Below, in pieces: positions 21,349-24,057 of a stretch of 24,057 bases of DNA; the stretch's first letter is position 1; every line of letters starts with the position of its first letter. The position numbers and the translations under genes are program-made. Origin of the DNA: Ginkgo biloba (Eukaryota > Plantae > Ginkgophyta); the NCBI GenBank assembly GCA_024626585.2, contig JANKJI020000002.1, positions 49,688,276 to 49,712,332 of the forward strand, given 5' to 3'. The notes beneath the pieces were generated by a model. The model did not search any database and was not told the DNA's origin. It saw nothing but the letters and a program-made list of their open reading frames with translations.

Positions 21349-22805
21349 ATTTTGACCCTAGTAGAATAGGGGAATTTCCACTAGTAATAGACCCATTAAA
21401 GGTCCACTCACTAAAGGTAACTTTAGATTCATTTGCAAGTAACAGGGCAGAAGGTAGAAGGCAAGGGAAAAGTTAAGGAAAAGATTTCAAGCACTTAATT
21501 AAGCATTCCATAGGTGGAATGGGAATAAATGGATATTTACATTACATACAAGGCATGGGAAAATGGTTAACCCTAAATTTTTAGCCACTATAGACCTTTG
21601 GGATGAGAGTTATCAACTTTTATAACCTTTGGTTTACATGGATACTTGAGGTTTTAGGTATTCTATGATGAGTTTCTCATGAGAGAGGAGTAGTTAGGCT
21701 CTAAAATTTTATAGGAATGTGTTAGGCATCAAAAATATATGCGTATACAATTTTATCTAAATTTGAGTTTGTTTGAGGTGATTTTAGCCAACAAAAGTAT
21801 TTAGGGAGCTTCAAAGAAGGCTAACTCCCGGCTAAAAATTTGGTCAAATTACCCAGAAAGGTGCTACAGGAGATACATATGGAAATATGCTCAGGAGGAG
21901 GCCTTTAACACATGCATTTAGAAAATATAAGGCAAGCCAAGTAAAATTTTATCTAGCACCCTAGGGAGGCTTAATAATCTTTGATGTTACATAGGGTGAA
22001 GGCCAAACCCAGAAGCTAAAAGGCCAAAAGGTGTTTGATGTCTAGTGCACACTAAGAATATTGGAAGAATATTCCTTCCCTAGGTCCTTTGTGACGGTAA
22101 ATGTTAAATGTTACTAGAAAGAAAATATTTTGATCTAAGATTCCCTCCCTTGTCCCTAGTGGGTTGACTTTATTTCACCATGGAAGGGAGAAAATATTCC
22201 CATTGAAATATTTCTTTTCTTGCTAGCAATGTTCACCGTGTGTGACTAAGGAAGTGTGGGATCCACCAATAGTGTAGAATTTATTTGGCAATGCTCTAGT
22301 ATGTTGTGGGGCCCATTTCTCCTATCGATTATGCTAATTACACCTTAATTTATCTGATTTGAATCTAAATTTAGCTGCCAACTCACCTTCTAATCTCCCC
22401 TGGACATAGTTTCACCTCCTTCAATTGTTTTTGACCTACATTGACTCAAATTTGAATGACTTTGACCACCATTAATCAACATGGCATGTTGTGGACCAAT
22501 GAAGTGAGTGAACATTGGTGGGATCACTCTAAATTTACTCTATTGGCTTCAAACTTCAGATGTTACATGACTCCCTGGCGTGGATGACAATGACTCACTT
22601 CACTCACAACATCACATTATATCATGGATAAATACAGGTTATGAGGTTGTGCTTAGAAATGGCTTTATTCAGACCACATTTCAACATAAACTGTGAATCT
22701 CAACATTGAGATGAATCCCAACAACTAAGTAGTGGTGAATCCAATTATAGTGAATACTAGATTGGTTAAAGAGTGCTAAACAATCCCACCTCCTAAAGTG
22801 ACTAT

Positions 22806-22872
22806 TACACACACACATACATGTGTGTGCGTGTGTATGTACACACACACACACATATACATATACATATAT
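22806..22872. repeat. Compound (CA)n/(TG)n/(CA)n/(TA)n microsatellite
   Basis: 67 bp of uninterrupted purine/pyrimidine alternation running into the gap at 22873. It directly follows an LTR-end-like ...AAAGTGACTATTACA. Confidence 0.9.
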
Positions 22873-23432
22873 NNNNNNNNNNNNNNNNNNNNNNNNNNNN
22901 NNNNNNNNNNNNNNNNNNNNNNNNNNNNNNNNNNNNNNNNNNNNNNNNNNNNNNNNNNNNNNNNNNNNNNNNTCCCGTCTTCATTGTACCATTCCCTCGA
23001 TCCCCCGTATGTCCTTTCCATCGCCCATGGGTGACGCGATCACCTCGCTGCGCACAATCAAACAAAACAAAAAAAATATATACGAAAAACAAAAAAAAAC
23101 AAATTAAAACTAACTAACAAAAATAATAAAACCATAGTCTTACCAACAATTTCATTTATCCCCCTCGCCTCTTAGCTCTGGTCACTTGGAATGTTCATAG
23201 GCCACTTTCTAAGGGCTTTAAAAGGCTAAAATTATGTTAGGAACATATTCTTATTTTTACGGGGAGCCATTCGATTTTAAACTCGTGACTTCGTGCATTC
23301 ATAAGCATTTATAAACATACTTTTCATTCGAGAAGGGTTTCCCTCTCAAGTACCCCAAAAATAGTGTCAAAACAATGACATAATTTTGAACCATGAAGAG
23401 CAGTTGAATTCTAGTGTGCATTTGGACTTGAT

Positions 23433-23552
23433 CGTTTGTCTAACAGCCATTGTTCGTTTGTCTAACGACCTTGTCTATTTGTCTAATAGGCAATATTCAT
23501 TTGTCTAACGACCTTGTTTGTTTGTCTAACGGACAGTGGTCGTTTGTCTAAC
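23433..23552. repeat. Tandem array of six TTTGTCTAA cores at 22/21/22/21/22-bp spacing
   Basis: Cores at 23435, 23457, 23478, 23500, 23521 and 23543. Alternate spacers (CGACCTTGT) recur, giving a 43-bp higher-order unit. Confidence 0.9.
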
Positions 23553-23662
23553 AATCACTAGTATTTTGTATAGCAGTCACTAGGATCCCTTTTTGTCCCT
23601 GGTTTACACAATAAGTTCATTTAATAAATAAATAAATAAATGAGGTTATTGACCCAAATTTC

Positions 23663-23694
23663 CCCCGCCACGTGTCGACAGGCATGTGGTGGGG
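23663..23694 (+). other. GC-rich imperfect inverted repeat containing a G-box/ABRE (GCCACGTGTC)
   Basis: CCCCGCCACGTGTC-GACA-GGCATGTGGTGGGG: 14 pairs (11 Watson-Crick, 3 G-T) around a 4-nt loop. Confidence 0.7.
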
Positions 23695-23784
23695 ATTTTT
23701 AGCGTAAACAACCAATACCATAATAGATCTTCAAGTTTCGAGAGAACTCTTAAGCCCTAGATGCTAGGTAAACATTTTGGGTTA

Positions 23785-24057
23785 CACTAATGCAAGAGAA
23801 CTTGTACTCGTTTTGATTCCAACATCTCATATCCAAATTAACTTACTACAAGAGTGTCAATAGAACCAAATTATGCAAGTATTGCAATGTCAAATCGGCT
23901 AGAAAAATAAAATAACTATACATGCATAGATAGATAAGGAAGATTTGAGCAAAGGAATATCTTTAAAGACATAAGCACCACATATAATCATATTACGAAA
24001 AAATCATCAAAAAAGAAATTAGAAGAAGTAAAGATCTCTCAATAACATCTTCACAAG
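23785..24057 (+). repeat. Dispersed direct repeat, copy B (partner 18982-19254)
   Basis: Same alignment; this copy runs to the window edge. Confidence 0.92.

Noticed and set aside
20429-21476. 308-aa and 345-aa ORFs, and other X-filled ORFs in the track
   Set aside because: They are open only because they run through N gaps.
23060-23230. Strong minus-strand donor G|GTAAGA at 23143 followed by a U-rich tract, as a possible upstream TDP1beta exon
   Set aside because: All three frames upstream contain nearby stops, there is no FHA-like sequence, and it lies across a placeholder gap.
23433-23552. CRISPR-like repeat/spacer appearance
   Set aside because: The 9-bp cores and 12-13-bp spacers are far too short, spacers recur, there are no cas genes and the context is eukaryotic.

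Overview
AT-rich, CpG-depleted land-plant nuclear DNA. The retroelement style and intron scale suggest a gymnosperm, but that is inference. The window comes from a fragmented assembly with 14 N-gaps, nine of them exact 100-N placeholders. One host-gene fragment is recognisable: a large minus-strand coding exon (18040-18865, 5' end lost in a gap). It ends in GEAFCLNHLEF...VSLWDLLTPVDSLLGIFSATFTSDILW, the signature of plant tyrosyl-DNA phosphodiesterase 1 beta (TDP1beta; FHA/TDP/HIRAN type), and is followed by a canonical TG|GTATGT splice donor. Most of the rest is decayed Ty3/gypsy LTR-retrotransposon material. This includes a gag-PR-RT-RH-INT element with PBS and 5' LTR starting about 150 bp into the TDP1beta intron, a second RT-RNase H remnant of a different lineage, and an opposite-strand integrase fragment. 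It also includes gag remnants, a solo LTR with an intact CTTTT target-site duplication, and a candidate 197-bp LTR with PBS. Smaller structures are two related ~21-bp-period arrays in inverted orientation, a 273-bp 90%-identical duplication, an RY-motif cluster, CpG-retaining hairpin islands and a purine/pyrimidine microsatellite. No convincing new biological system is visible; the best leads are listed as findings with modest scores. All protein assignments are motif recognition by eye, not database searches.
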